A DNA stretch of 57,567 nucleotides from an uncultured virus (IMG/VR IMGVR_UViG_3300008107_000058). Taxonomy: Duplodnaviria > Heunggongvirae > Uroviricota > Caudoviricetes. The stretch lies in IMG/VR virus record IMGVR_UViG_3300008107_000058; one strand, written 5' to 3'. This document shows positions 40,301 to 50,132 of the stretch, piece after piece. Below the pieces are notes generated by a model, which saw nothing but the letters and a program-made list of their open reading frames with translations, did not search any database and had not been told where the DNA came from. Position numbers and translations under genes: made by a program. Every line of letters begins with the position of its first letter. The stretch's first letter is position 1.

Positions 40301-42215
40301 CGCTAAAAAATGAAGCTTCTGTATCTAAAGATAACCTAAATGCATCCTCTAATGCCGGTTGGTAAATTCCATCTTTTATTCTAAATAAATCTGCACTAGC
40401 ATTTTTCTTTAAATAGTTTAAAAGCTGTGGCATTGTTCTAATATCCATGCCAGATTCTATAGCTTCTTTTAATTGACGCATAAACATTCTATTTCTTTGA
40501 GCAGAGTCTCTTGCCGCTTCCGGTACAGCATCTAGATTTGCTTCAGCTGATTGATATATCTGCCTTCTTAGGTTTCCTCTAACTTCTCCTGTTTCGATTG
40601 CATGATTTAAAGAGCTAATAATTCTGTTTTGCCTAGTCTCATTTGCTTTAATGTAAGTTGGATCAGAGAACATGTCATAGTGAAAAGCGGGAGCCAATGG
40701 ATCATAATATACCCTTGCTTTAGCTTCACCTTGAAGAACTAAGTTAATTGAATCATCTGTTCCCATTATTGCTGTCTCTGCTTTTAAGGCAACATCTGTT
40801 GTTAGGATTGAATACTGGTCAAGTACTTTGGAGAAACCGGCTTGATCAACAACAGCTTTAATCATTCTAGGAAGTACAGTCTCTCCTTCTTTAATGTTCA
40901 TAAATATTCTTGCTGTGATAGCCTGAAAATTATCTCCTTCAAGATTATCTAATTGTGAAGTTAGTTCTGCAATTCTATTCGTAACAAACTGTTGAGACCT
41001 TTGATTTTCTGAAAGTGATCTTAAAGATTCTAATTCATTTTTTACTTGAGCTCTTATTGAATTGAACATTTTTGAGTTCAGAACAGATGTACCATCGTAT
41101 GCTGATTCAAATTTTGAAGTGAGTATTTTTTGTTCAGCTTCAGTTAAAGAACCTATTTGCTTTAAAACATTTCCATCATCATCTAATATATTTAAATTCT
41201 TTAATGCAGCGGTCACAACGTCCATTGCTCCACTTTTAGAATAAAAAGCTTTTCTCTCTAATCCTTCAACAGTAGGAGTAACAACTCCAGTTATTTCGTC
41301 AACTTTTCCTGAAATTTTATCCATTGCTGTAAGTGTTGCAAAACTTCTCCTAGAAGATGCATCGGAAAATGCAGAAGCTTCAGGAGAACTTATAGCTTCT
41401 ATATATCTTTGAGCAAGGTTTCTTAAATCTTCATCGACTTTAAATATTCTAACAGATTTAGTATCAAGTTTAGTCGTACCGCTAACTTGCTCAAGTAAGT
41501 TTCCTAAATCCTCTCCAGCTAAAGAAATATCCCTTAATGCAATTGCGCCTTTAACGCGCTTGCCAGACTTTGAATACATTGATGCAACAGATTGTGGCCC
41601 CTTACCTAAGGCCTCTATTAGATCTTCTGTTGATAAAATGCCACCAAGACCTTCAGATGTTGCGCTAAACAGTCTAGAAATTTCTCCAACAGTCATCTCT
41701 TTTTCTCCAGAAAAAACTCTTAGAAGATTAAATGATGCGTCGTCGGGGACTATAACGCCTAAGTTTTCGCCAACCTGATCCACAATTGATCTAAGAGACT
41801 GCTTATTTCCTATTCCAGATTTAAAGCTCGCAATTTCAAATCTAATTAAATTAGGATCGTCTATTCCTAGTCTATTTGCTAATCCTACATCTGTAGCAAG
41901 AGTGTCTCTAACGGTCTTTAATCTTTGTTCTAGTCCACCAAGACCCCTAAGGTTATAAGAAGAGCTTTCTAAGTCTCCGGTAATTCTACCAAAGGTTGTC
42001 ATTCCCGTTTTTCCTACGGCATCGAATGCATCTTTTGCGGTGCTAAATGTTTCTCCTGTTGTATTTAGTCTATAGACTAAATTATCACCTTCAGAATCTA
42101 CACGAATAATATCGTTGATTCCGTACATGGTTCTATTGAGCAGGCGTCTTTCTGCTAGAATTCTGTCTCTCATTGGAATAGCGCTAGTGCTTATTAATGG
42201 GTTTGTTCTTGGCAT
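37365..42215 (-). CDS. Large virion/ejected protein, possibly a divergent single-chain two-barrel RNA polymerase, 1616 aa
   Basis: Motifs YDGTSVLNS, ARI...MIKAVV, LGGFDLDDK, LFRQPTGPGE; C-terminal hydrophobic helix GYAVAGLIAASFIY. The CDS is certain; the function is tentative. Confidence 0.4.
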   Translation of the reverse strand: MPRTNPLISTSAIPMRDRILAERRLLNRTMYGINDIIRVDSEGDNLVYRLNTTGETFSTAKDAFDAVGKTGMTTFGRITGDLESSSYNLRGLGGLEQRLKTVRDTLATDVGLANRLGIDDPNLIRFEIASFKSGIGNKQSLRSIVDQVGENLGVIVPDDASFNLLRVFSGEKEMTVGEISRLFSATSEGLGGILSTEDLIEALGKGPQSVASMYSKSGKRVKGAIALRDISLAGEDLGNLLEQVSGTTKLDTKSVRIFKVDEDLRNLAQRYIEAISSPEASAFSDASSRRSFATLTAMDKISGKVDEITGVVTPTVEGLERKAFYSKSGAMDVVTAALKNLNILDDDGNVLKQIGSLTEAEQKILTSKFESAYDGTSVLNSKMFNSIRAQVKNELESLRSLSENQRSQQFVTNRIAELTSQLDNLEGDNFQAITARIFMNIKEGETVLPRMIKAVVDQAGFSKVLDQYSILTTDVALKAETAIMGTDDSINLVLQGEAKARVYYDPLAPAFHYDMFSDPTYIKANETRQNRIISSLNHAIETGEVRGNLRRQIYQSAEANLDAVPEAARDSAQRNRMFMRQLKEAIESGMDIRTMPQLLNYLKKNASADLFRIKDGIYQPALEDAFRLSLDTEASFFSGRANKAARLGEGLRDMTILGRNEPIKALTFQVQGHKMLFAGDAASMFKHSLGGFDLDDKGIIMPRIFKDASGEDRLGTFLFRQPTGPGEFIFGKADLRNTDTIKLFLQNNDALMNELDIMKESITGNALLDSIHEGLTASGRRKSQLDNLIGQQSSDQIEDFIIALMKSAEQRGSYSIQRVDMNSSFFKQLEGKQFTSPLALTRENIKAAAEAGLAKEKYLVQQYNYGNMLRIFATEGSFDYSDEIHRGLSTYVSSREYGTLNTLRGEYSRLLQSTVESEISAGLAKQKEYGQAIAKIMKDADAETRAGISSLFDEDLSKKSRQAILKQDTIGQYINRLTVASAGADQQEAILARLQGKVDDSVLSALRNTKIATFAPSDVVDLIVNLNEGIGVEGVENLERLYGGAIDKESAAKAIMKISGIAEDAGVSVVEATGRQMIDSKFELLGKLRALSMQNLVDQDDYKNMLAGIDNVILDQRLKGDDVTGALKSFQRGFDDISSATNVSEEMTEYSRRIKDAFSGGDEGGIKQNLKGLLGLDAESPFAHASKSAKLGQQAKDAMDVVDNAIFKLNQVAYAGEIVNSKESSIIASNILQEAESMMQTNSQIMNDVIQAGDEASEFLKYNAPRMQGQVIDKVRSMIFEASNQSEGTTVRQLLDAMEMQMSGRYKGVRRIMSQPGYSDENTLLNMFRARQQERAASFLNKQEGISALTEQYDEMVRNVNSMSIEERREILAIAEDMMGKSRRGSAIVDEDQFKIAAALLVDSEKGIEKLGLDELTEKAVRQMRMLQQAKSTVTELGMNEILSFGGRASASGYAPSAIDLTDEERSNLFRGLDGEVADETQRPVEAGYKRIGKEFFDKPIVKKSGYAVAGLIAASFIYSASKDRSQSDIAGPPLLPGGSAYEAMAQRQPQVPEGSMFSGYDQGVSYSVNIEGSREQAESFSNSIGSVARGAVNSTMYRGLPQLGKDPYSQIAGSY

Positions 42216-42225
42216 ACTGTTTTAC

Positions 42226-45200
42226 CTAAAAAATATTTATCGCTGATGATAAGTTAACGGAGTTAGAACCATAAGGGTTTCTATTTTCTCTTACGCTTCC
42301 AGAAACACCCATCCTTGACATCATGGCCCTAAGTTGGGAACCAACATTTTCTGGAGAGTTATTTTCAAAAAATGATGGATAAGATGGATTGGTTAAATTA
42401 GCTTCTTTTACCTGTTGTGGATAGTAACCCATTTGAGACATTTCTAGACCCATGCTTTGGCCCATCTTTATCTTAACATGTTCTAGATTAGTATTTGCAT
42501 GCCATCCTTCCCAGCTTTGATCTGGCAATTCGTGCCTTGAGAAATATTCAGCTAGCTCAGGTCTTTCTTCTACTTTCATTCCCCAAGCTGCTTGATATAT
42601 TCTTCTTTCTAATCTTCCAGAAGTAGAAAGAATTCTTTCCCTTTCTTCTTCTGGGGCATTAATCATTGCCTTAAAATGTTCTCTTTTTCTTTTTGGAATT
42701 GCTAAAGACAAATTATCCACTGAGCCACCGTAAATGTCAGCTCCGTACATTGTTCTCTTTGCTGCTGAAGTAAAGCTTGCTGCTGCTGCTGCATCACCCC
42801 TTGCTTTTGCTTCAGCTGCTAAACTTGTATTTTTAACATATCCAAGAATATCTACATACTCTTCAAGAGCAAGTTCTTTGACTCTTTTTTTAGGCATTTG
42901 CCTTTCGCCGGTCACTAGTTCGTGTATATTTCCTTTAATCGAAGAAACTAAACCAGCTGTACCAAATATTAAAGAGCTGACGGTTTTTGCAGTTGCGGTT
43001 CTACCAAAAAAAGATCCAGCTGCTGCTGTAGCAAGTGTTGCTGTAATTGGATCTCTTTGAGATGCTTTATTCATCATTGGTTGAATATAGCTCTCGTATG
43101 GTCTTTGCCACTCTGGGAAGGTAGAACCATAAACGTTTCTTCTTTCCCAGTCTTCAGTGGCGGTTCTTCTATTTAAAAATTTAGTATTAAAGAAAGTGTC
43201 TCTGTGTGCAATAAATTCTCCAGCCCTACTGAAAGCATGTAGTGTCGGATTCATTTCCATTTCTTCTGGAGATGTGCCCCTATACTTATAGGGGGTAAAT
43301 TGATATTTTGTAGTAGTATCTTCTACTTGAGACCTAATATCTTGAACTTTTATTCTTTCTGCTGGAGAAAGATCGCCCATCTTAATTGTTCTATTTAAGG
43401 ATCTAAATTCTTTTGAATATGGAGCAACATCTGCGAGTATGTCTAATTGATTAACTCTACCGTATCTTCCAGTTTCATCTCCGTATAAAGTATTTAATCT
43501 TTCATATCCAACTCCAGGGAGTCTAATTTCGCCCTCTTGAACCCTAGTAAATGGATCACCTGTTTTAAAATTAATAAAATAATCTGAGCCGGGCAAGAAG
43601 GGATATTGTTGACCCATTGTATTTCTAATGGGGTTTATGTAATTAACGTCATTTCTTTCTTTTGGTATAAATCTTCTTACGATTTCAGAGACTTCTATAT
43701 TACCCATTGACCCTTCGCCGGCCATGGGAACATCTCCAAGTCCACCAAGATTTAAGTCCCAAAATGCCCTAGTTGAACCATAACCTTTTGATGCTGACTG
43801 TAGGGCTGATACTTGTGGTGACATGTCTTGATTACCAAAGCCAAGACCTTCTCTTAATGAACCAAAAGCAAATCCGTAAATACCAGCTGTTTCCTGAAGC
43901 CTGTAGCCTAGCTCGCTAGCCTGAAAAGGAATTGACCCTGTTGAAATTGGAGCTCCAGCTGGAACAACTGAAGGAGGAATTATTCCAGGAACTTTTGGTG
44001 GACCATATGTCAACCCGCCAGGCAGTGTTGCCGCTGAAGCTATTCTGTTTGGACCAGAAGCAGCTGCGGAAGAAAGTTGATTATTATACTGTCCAATTTG
44101 TCCTATAGTAGATCTGCTTGCAGTAGCCATTGGTCCAGCGTTTGCGGACATAGCATTGTTGTAACCAGAAAGCTGTCTTCCTGCTCCGTAATATCCGCCA
44201 CTTGCAGAATTCAATGAAGCAATTGCCCCACCCGCGCCCATGACTGGAGATGCTTTACCTGAATCTATTAGACCTTGAGCGTTGTATGCTCCAGAATCAC
44301 CAGCTGGAACATAAGCAGCTAATCCTGCTGCAACTTCTTGTTCATGCATCCTCATTTGAGGTTTTAGTATTTTACCAACTGTTAAATTACCAAGTGCTGT
44401 AGCTGGACCAAATGGACCTGTAAAATATTCACCAGTTACAGGATATGGCCTATCATAATAATTTTCTCTTTCAAATCTATATGGGTCAAGTGGCCTTAAT
44501 GGAGAAAAATCATAACCAAATGCTAATTTTTCTGCCGGCGAAGAATATGAATCTGATGTTAATCCAGTACCTTCTGCAAGCTTTCTGTAATAGGATGGCC
44601 TGTAGTATAAGACTTTGCCACCCTTAAACGGAGTTGTACCCAGTGGCCAGTATCTACCTTGTCTAACTGCTACTTCACCGTTTAAAAGTTGATCTTTCTT
44701 TTCTTCATAAGACATTCCACCAGGAACTAAACCAGATCCAACAGACTGAGCTTCAACCGCAGCTCTTGCTAGTTTTGTTGTAAAGAATGGAGAATAAACT
44801 CTTTCTCCTCTTTGATCTTTTTCGTTTACAGCGCCGCCGATAGTTCTATCAACTGCCATAAAGGTTGCGCCAGCAGCGGTGATTGGGAGAACTCTTTTAC
44901 CAACCATGCCTCGCATATAAAGATCAAGCGGACCACCATATTGAGATTGATCTAGCTGCAGCCCAAAGGTGCCAAAGTACTTGTTTAGTCTTCCAAATAT
45001 ATGCGCAGTTGGTATTGAGCCAGTCGAGAAAGCTTCAGGGTTCTTATATGTCCCTATGCCAATTGCACTCTTTACCGCTGCCATTGGATTTCTTGCAAAG
45101 ACGGTTCCAAATGTGGGAAGCATAGTGTATTGTTGACCACTGCCCAGTGCATTTACTGAAAGATCATTTATTTCATAAGGCGCAGTGCCAAATTTTCTAT

Positions 45201-48200
45201 TTAAGGCTGGCAAAATTCTAGAAGCGGGTCTTCTAATGCTTGTGTTTACCATCGAGGTATTGCCCCTGGTAAATTCACCAAAAAGTTTTCTTACAGATTC
45301 ACTATTATTTGCTGTTCCAATTACTTTATTTAAAGCGTCAATAGAGTTTTGAGTGACACTAGAAGCACCCTTGTGTGTACTAAATGCACTAAAATTAAAT
45401 AGAGTAGCAACACCGTAAGCTCTTGCTTCAACGGCTGCATCTATTCCTATCTTTCCTTCGGCTTGAAGTTGTCTTGTTACTTTTTCAATTTGAGTAAATA
45501 TGTCGTCTGTAGCATTAACCGTTCTAGACGCTGCTGGCATTGCTTGCTGCAACATTTGGTTTCTTTGAGAAATATATCTAAATATTTCAGACCCAGCTTT
45601 ATCTACATCAAACTGAGTTTCATCCATGTAACCTTGGAGTCTTGAGAACGACTTTGAAAGCCTAGTAGGATCAAAACCTGCCCTTCTAAGTTCTGCGTAT
45701 GCTTGACTTTGCTCGTTAGATAAACTTCTTACTGCAGTTCTTACATCTTGAACAGTATTAATCTGACTAGCTCTTACTCCAGATGTAGACTTAAATAAAT
45801 TAGGAGAAGCTTCTTCAAGCTCCTTCATTACTCTTTGATTTATGTTAAAATTAAATATTCTTTTTCTAAAAGATTCTACTGCAGAAAGAACTTGAGACTG
45901 ACTATATACTTGTTCTCCTGCTTCATCTACTACGGAAAGTCCATCTAACCTTAAAGATCTTTTACCCTTTAGCGTATTGTAGGATATAGTGTTGTTTTCG
46001 CTAGAAAGCAGCTCTGATAAAACCCTAGGATTTCTTATGTCAGATTGTCTATTTTTATACCTAGATGCAAGTCTAAGAAGAGAGTTTGGCTGCTCTGGAT
46101 CTACGTCAAAAATTCGTTTAAATCTTCCAAACTTTTGACTTTGCCCCCCAAGAGTATCAACTCTTTCGCCCGTTAAGCCTGCTGCATTTCTTGCTTCTCT
46201 AGAAAATATCTCAGTACTTGCAGATGGTGCAGCTCGATAAAATCCTGGTAGTTTTGATGTACTTAGTCTTCCTGATTGATCAGAGGTAAAAGATCTAAGA
46301 GTGCCTTTTGTTCCTTTGACTCTATTTAATATAAGAAAATCTGGTCTTACTTCAGACTGAGGAACAAATGGTTGAACTGACCTTGAAGATACATATTGTA
46401 ATACTGGAGAATTTCTAATGTCTCGCAGTGATCTATTACCCATTAAATCTGCTGGATTGAATCCAACAATTGGAACTCTAAAATCTGATGCAATAAAGTC
46501 TTTTGCTTTAGTAAGCATACTTGTAACTTTTGTAAAGTCAAGTATCTCGCCAGACCTTGTTTGGTAAACTCCACCTATTGCGCTTCTGCCCATTGTTTGA
46601 GTTGCAGCACCCAGTCCGCCTGTTACTGGATCAAACGTTGCTTGAGTTGAAGCAAGCTGTCTAATAGATGCTTGCTGTTCTTCTGGCATAAACTTAAATA
46701 GGCCTCTTTCAACTCCTTCGTCTACAAGAAGTGGCCTTAATCCAAGTATGTTTGTTGCGCCTCCACCAAGGAATCCAGTTGTTAACTTTCTTTGATTTAA
46801 TAGAAAGTCTCTCATGTAACTAAAGTCAGTTGGATCAAAACCTTGACTCGTTAACTTTGACTCAAGAACCGATTGAGTTATTCTTCTTCCATCTTTTTGA
46901 ACAAGAGGTACGCCTAATGTTTGTGCAGTTTTTCTTTGTAAGAATGTTTGCTTGCTTTCAGATATAGGTCCAATAAAATCTAAATAACTTTGTTTTGATG
47001 GCTTTAAAGTATCTGAAGCTATATCTGGCATAGAGCCAGTTCTAAACTGGTTCCATCTGCTAGCTATTTTTTCATGTAGAGACCTTCTAAATTCCTCAGA
47101 TACAAAAAGTTGATCGACCTCCTCTATGGATTCTTTTAGAGCTTGTCCATTGCCAATTGCGGCTTTAAAATCTTTACCGCCTTTGACTCCTCTAAATCTT
47201 TCAAGAATATCATCAAAGAATTCATCTGTTTCTCCAGAGAATTGTTTTTTTCTACCTAAAGAAATTCTATTTGTTACCTCAGAAGCTTCTTTTCTAGAAG
47301 GAAGTTGATTTATTTTTATTTGTGCAACAAAGCCGTCTGCAGCTTTTTGTTCTATGCCTTTTGCATTTACGAGATGTCTTGCTAGCTGATCTTTATATTC
47401 ATCTTGAAGAGATCTTTGATAAAATTCACTACCCTTAAATCTGTCAGTACTTGGTCCACCAGCTCCTAGTCTATAAAAATCTTGACTTAATCTAGTCAGC
47501 TTACTGGAGTGCTGAGATTGAACAGCATTAATTGCCTTTGTTAAGACCTCATCAGCAGAAGTTCCATTTAGACCTCTTAGCTTTAGCCTGCTTGCATTTT
47601 CGCTTAACGCGGTTGTGAATGCATCGTCTGTTGAGTATCCAAACTTTTGAGTAAGCCTACCTAATGCTTGCTCTCTTGTTAACTTTCCTGAAACAACGTC
47701 GTGGGCAACTCCGAGAGATTTAAACTGATTTTTTCCTGCCGCAATACCTATACCAGCACCCTTAAATGTTGGAAGTACATCTAGTATGCCTATTCCATCT
47801 TCGGTACTGCCAGTAAAGAATCCTCTGGCTCTAGCTGTCATCACCTTGAGTCTCTTAGACCTATCGGCATTAGCCATATCTTCTACGGCCTGCTTAGAAC
47901 CGTGCCTAGCTGCCCTTAAAGCCTGTACAAATTCAGGTTGAGAATTACCGGCCTCAGACACTCCTGCGGCAAATGCTCCGCTTGTTTGGGATGACATCTT
48001 AAGGACTTTGTTTGTCATCCCAGCTATGTCTTGGCCAACTTCAGCCAGAAGAGATCTAATATCTATTGCTGCGTTTGCAGCTTTTCTTTGCACTGGCGAA
48101 AGAGCCCTTAGGTCGTTCATTGAGCCAGCTAATGTCGTTAGAGAGCTTCTTCCAGCTGCGCCAGCTGCGCCAACTGCCTCAAACGGCAGTACCATAGTTG

Positions 48201-48918
48201 CCACGTTTAACGTTGACTGCTTTACGAAATCTGAGATTACGTCTGCTGGATTATACCAATTTAATCTTTTCTTTTCTTGATTTTGACCAAACAATGGCTC
48301 GGTAACAGCTCTTTGAGTAACATATAAGGCTGGAAGCTCGTATGGCATTCTCCTTGCAGCTCTTACAAGTCTTACTTGAAGCTCGTCTCGCATTGTCCAT
48401 GCTTCTGCGGATTCTGATGTGATGCCTCTTGCGGAACTCCTTGCCCCTTCTTGACTAAGAGGTCTAAAAAATTTCCTTCTGCCTAAAGTCGGATTATATC
48501 CAGTTGTAAGCTTTCCGTCTACTTCATAAACGGCTTTAAGATACGGATCGTCTACCCCATCAATGCTTCTGTGCATTGCGCTAAGATTGTCTAACTCTTT
48601 TCTAATCTCAGTTATACTTCTAATTGCCCTTGTAGAAAGAGCATCAGTTCTTCCAGCTGACATTGCAGCATCTGAAGATTTTTGTAGAGACTGACCAAGT
48701 TTAAGGCCACCAGATTTTGTAAATCTCGATGCAAGAGTTGTAACAAGCATTGCTGTTCCAGCAGATGCAAAAAAACGCATCATGGGATGAGCATCTAAAG
48801 CCTTTGCTACATAGCCAGAATTAGGACTAGGAGTTTCTGTTTCACCCTCTCTAGAGGGCATGTCTCTAGAGGAGACTCCATGCCCTAAATTATGTATAGG
48901 TCCCTTATCCCTAAACAT
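42226..48918 (-). CDS. Tape-measure-like tail protein, 2230 aa
   Basis: Very long, helical, Ala/Gly/Arg-rich, with hydrophobic segments; immediately downstream of two chaperone-like genes. Confidence 0.55.
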   Translation of the reverse strand: MFRDKGPIHNLGHGVSSRDMPSREGETETPSPNSGYVAKALDAHPMMRFFASAGTAMLVTTLASRFTKSGGLKLGQSLQKSSDAAMSAGRTDALSTRAIRSITEIRKELDNLSAMHRSIDGVDDPYLKAVYEVDGKLTTGYNPTLGRRKFFRPLSQEGARSSARGITSESAEAWTMRDELQVRLVRAARRMPYELPALYVTQRAVTEPLFGQNQEKKRLNWYNPADVISDFVKQSTLNVATMVLPFEAVGAAGAAGRSSLTTLAGSMNDLRALSPVQRKAANAAIDIRSLLAEVGQDIAGMTNKVLKMSSQTSGAFAAGVSEAGNSQPEFVQALRAARHGSKQAVEDMANADRSKRLKVMTARARGFFTGSTEDGIGILDVLPTFKGAGIGIAAGKNQFKSLGVAHDVVSGKLTREQALGRLTQKFGYSTDDAFTTALSENASRLKLRGLNGTSADEVLTKAINAVQSQHSSKLTRLSQDFYRLGAGGPSTDRFKGSEFYQRSLQDEYKDQLARHLVNAKGIEQKAADGFVAQIKINQLPSRKEASEVTNRISLGRKKQFSGETDEFFDDILERFRGVKGGKDFKAAIGNGQALKESIEEVDQLFVSEEFRRSLHEKIASRWNQFRTGSMPDIASDTLKPSKQSYLDFIGPISESKQTFLQRKTAQTLGVPLVQKDGRRITQSVLESKLTSQGFDPTDFSYMRDFLLNQRKLTTGFLGGGATNILGLRPLLVDEGVERGLFKFMPEEQQASIRQLASTQATFDPVTGGLGAATQTMGRSAIGGVYQTRSGEILDFTKVTSMLTKAKDFIASDFRVPIVGFNPADLMGNRSLRDIRNSPVLQYVSSRSVQPFVPQSEVRPDFLILNRVKGTKGTLRSFTSDQSGRLSTSKLPGFYRAAPSASTEIFSREARNAAGLTGERVDTLGGQSQKFGRFKRIFDVDPEQPNSLLRLASRYKNRQSDIRNPRVLSELLSSENNTISYNTLKGKRSLRLDGLSVVDEAGEQVYSQSQVLSAVESFRKRIFNFNINQRVMKELEEASPNLFKSTSGVRASQINTVQDVRTAVRSLSNEQSQAYAELRRAGFDPTRLSKSFSRLQGYMDETQFDVDKAGSEIFRYISQRNQMLQQAMPAASRTVNATDDIFTQIEKVTRQLQAEGKIGIDAAVEARAYGVATLFNFSAFSTHKGASSVTQNSIDALNKVIGTANNSESVRKLFGEFTRGNTSMVNTSIRRPASRILPALNRKFGTAPYEINDLSVNALGSGQQYTMLPTFGTVFARNPMAAVKSAIGIGTYKNPEAFSTGSIPTAHIFGRLNKYFGTFGLQLDQSQYGGPLDLYMRGMVGKRVLPITAAGATFMAVDRTIGGAVNEKDQRGERVYSPFFTTKLARAAVEAQSVGSGLVPGGMSYEEKKDQLLNGEVAVRQGRYWPLGTTPFKGGKVLYYRPSYYRKLAEGTGLTSDSYSSPAEKLAFGYDFSPLRPLDPYRFERENYYDRPYPVTGEYFTGPFGPATALGNLTVGKILKPQMRMHEQEVAAGLAAYVPAGDSGAYNAQGLIDSGKASPVMGAGGAIASLNSASGGYYGAGRQLSGYNNAMSANAGPMATASRSTIGQIGQYNNQLSSAAASGPNRIASAATLPGGLTYGPPKVPGIIPPSVVPAGAPISTGSIPFQASELGYRLQETAGIYGFAFGSLREGLGFGNQDMSPQVSALQSASKGYGSTRAFWDLNLGGLGDVPMAGEGSMGNIEVSEIVRRFIPKERNDVNYINPIRNTMGQQYPFLPGSDYFINFKTGDPFTRVQEGEIRLPGVGYERLNTLYGDETGRYGRVNQLDILADVAPYSKEFRSLNRTIKMGDLSPAERIKVQDIRSQVEDTTTKYQFTPYKYRGTSPEEMEMNPTLHAFSRAGEFIAHRDTFFNTKFLNRRTATEDWERRNVYGSTFPEWQRPYESYIQPMMNKASQRDPITATLATAAAGSFFGRTATAKTVSSLIFGTAGLVSSIKGNIHELVTGERQMPKKRVKELALEEYVDILGYVKNTSLAAEAKARGDAAAAASFTSAAKRTMYGADIYGGSVDNLSLAIPKRKREHFKAMINAPEEERERILSTSGRLERRIYQAAWGMKVEERPELAEYFSRHELPDQSWEGWHANTNLEHVKIKMGQSMGLEMSQMGYYPQQVKEANLTNPSYPSFFENNSPENVGSQLRAMMSRMGVSGSVRENRNPYGSNSVNLSSAINIF

Positions 48919-48931
48919 TTATCCTCCTAAG

Positions 48932-49558
48932 TTACATGCCATTCCAAAGTTTTCTGGCAACAGGGTCTTCATATGCGGCTTCGCCTTGTTTTCTAGAAGC
49001 ATTGTAGTTTGTGGCTTTTATTCTTTCTTTTTCAGCTTCTTCTTCTGGATCAATTAATTCTAGTCTAATATTTGTTGATTCAAGTCCATTAATGTTTTGT
49101 TTTACTTCTATAATTTTTTCAGCTAAAGCTACTCTTTCAGCTAACTGAGAAAAAGTCATATTATCCAAATCTTCTGGTGAGTATGTGTTTATAGTAGCCA
49201 AAACAAAAGCTTTCATTAAACTTCTAACTTCACTAGCTATTTCTCTTTTTGAATCAAGTATTCTTTTTGCTACTTTAGCAGATTGAAAGCCCGAAGCATC
49301 GAGAACCTCTTGAGCTATAGATGAAACCATTCCAGCTGGAATTCTGTAAATATCAAAACCTTCTGGGTAAACAATTGTTTTTTTTAATATTTCATCTTCT
49401 GCGTCTGCGGAAGAATAACCTTGAGACTGACCCACTAAAGATATTTGATCAAACTCAGAAAAAGTTAACTCTCTAAATAACAAATCAGTCCCCTTTACAT
49501 TAACTGCGTAAAGGGGACCGTATTGCTGTTTAAGTTCTAGGAGAACTTCATTATCCAT
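48932..49558 (-). CDS. Tail assembly chaperone-like protein, 208 aa
   Basis: ELKQQYGPLY...LFRELTFSEF...IPAGMVSSIAQEVLDASGF; paralogous to the upstream ORF and positioned before the tape measure. Confidence 0.65.
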   Translation of the reverse strand: MDNEVLLELKQQYGPLYAVNVKGTDLLFRELTFSEFDQISLVGQSQGYSSADAEDEILKKTIVYPEGFDIYRIPAGMVSSIAQEVLDASGFQSAKVAKRILDSKREIASEVRSLMKAFVLATINTYSPEDLDNMTFSQLAERVALAEKIIEVKQNINGLESTNIRLELIDPEEEAEKERIKATNYNASRKQGEAAYEDPVARKLWNGM

Positions 49559-49561
49559 AAA

Positions 49562-50065
49562 TTATAACTGACGGACCTCTAGGGCAACAAAGCCAGAAGC
49601 TTCTAGGATCTCTTGAGAGAGGAGCGATGGCAGACCAGCCATTTCATTGGAAAGAGCAATCTTGTCATATGCTGGGAACAGTAAGCAAATCTCTGTAATT
49701 GCTTCTTCGTTCCAAAGGTTGGCTTCAGCAGTTGACATCTGACCAGCTTGAACAAGTTGTTCCATTTTCTTTACAAGCTGCTTGTATTCGTTTCTATTAA
49801 GAGTTCTCCAAACAATGTGCTTATCAAATGTAATGGATGTAACATAAACATCTCCAAACATTGATTTCCATTGTTTAATTTGACCAGCTGTTGGACCGCC
49901 GTCCCAAATTTGCTCATTATCATCAAGGTCTTCAACCGTCATACCTTGTTGATCATCAAAATCTGGCTCTTCATCTTCTAATGAAAGAACCTGATATTCA
50001 TCTACTCCAAGTTCTTCTTTTGTAATTTCATCAGTAGTTACTACTACCTTCTTTTCACTTGACAT
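49562..50065 (-). CDS. Tail assembly chaperone, 167 aa
   Basis: QWKSMFGDVY...VWRTLNRNEYK...AGLPSLLSQEILEASGF; acidic N-terminus; AAGGAG RBS. Confidence 0.7.
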   Translation of the reverse strand: MSSEKKVVVTTDEITKEELGVDEYQVLSLEDEEPDFDDQQGMTVEDLDDNEQIWDGGPTAGQIKQWKSMFGDVYVTSITFDKHIVWRTLNRNEYKQLVKKMEQLVQAGQMSTAEANLWNEEAITEICLLFPAYDKIALSNEMAGLPSLLSQEILEASGFVALEVRQL

Positions 50066-50100
50066 TTTTTTCTCCTTTTGCGCATTGGATTATTACGCTA

Positions 50101-50109
50101 ATTATATCA
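50101..50109 (-). promoter_or_regulatory. Sigma70/SigA-type extended -10 element (TGATATAAT)
   Basis: Perfect TGnTATAAT in the AT-rich intergenic gap about 36 nt upstream of the chaperone ATG; no clear -35 box. Confidence 0.5.
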
Positions 50110-50132
50110 CATTTTTATTGTTAAAAAAACAA

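Noticed and set aside
48932..50065. Classic lambda G/GT-type -1 frameshift between the two tail chaperone genes
   Set aside because: No X XXY YYZ slippery heptamer near the end of the 167-aa ORF (GGC TTT GTT GCC CTA GAG GTC CGT CAG TTA TAA). The second gene has its own ATG and repeats the whole chaperone domain.
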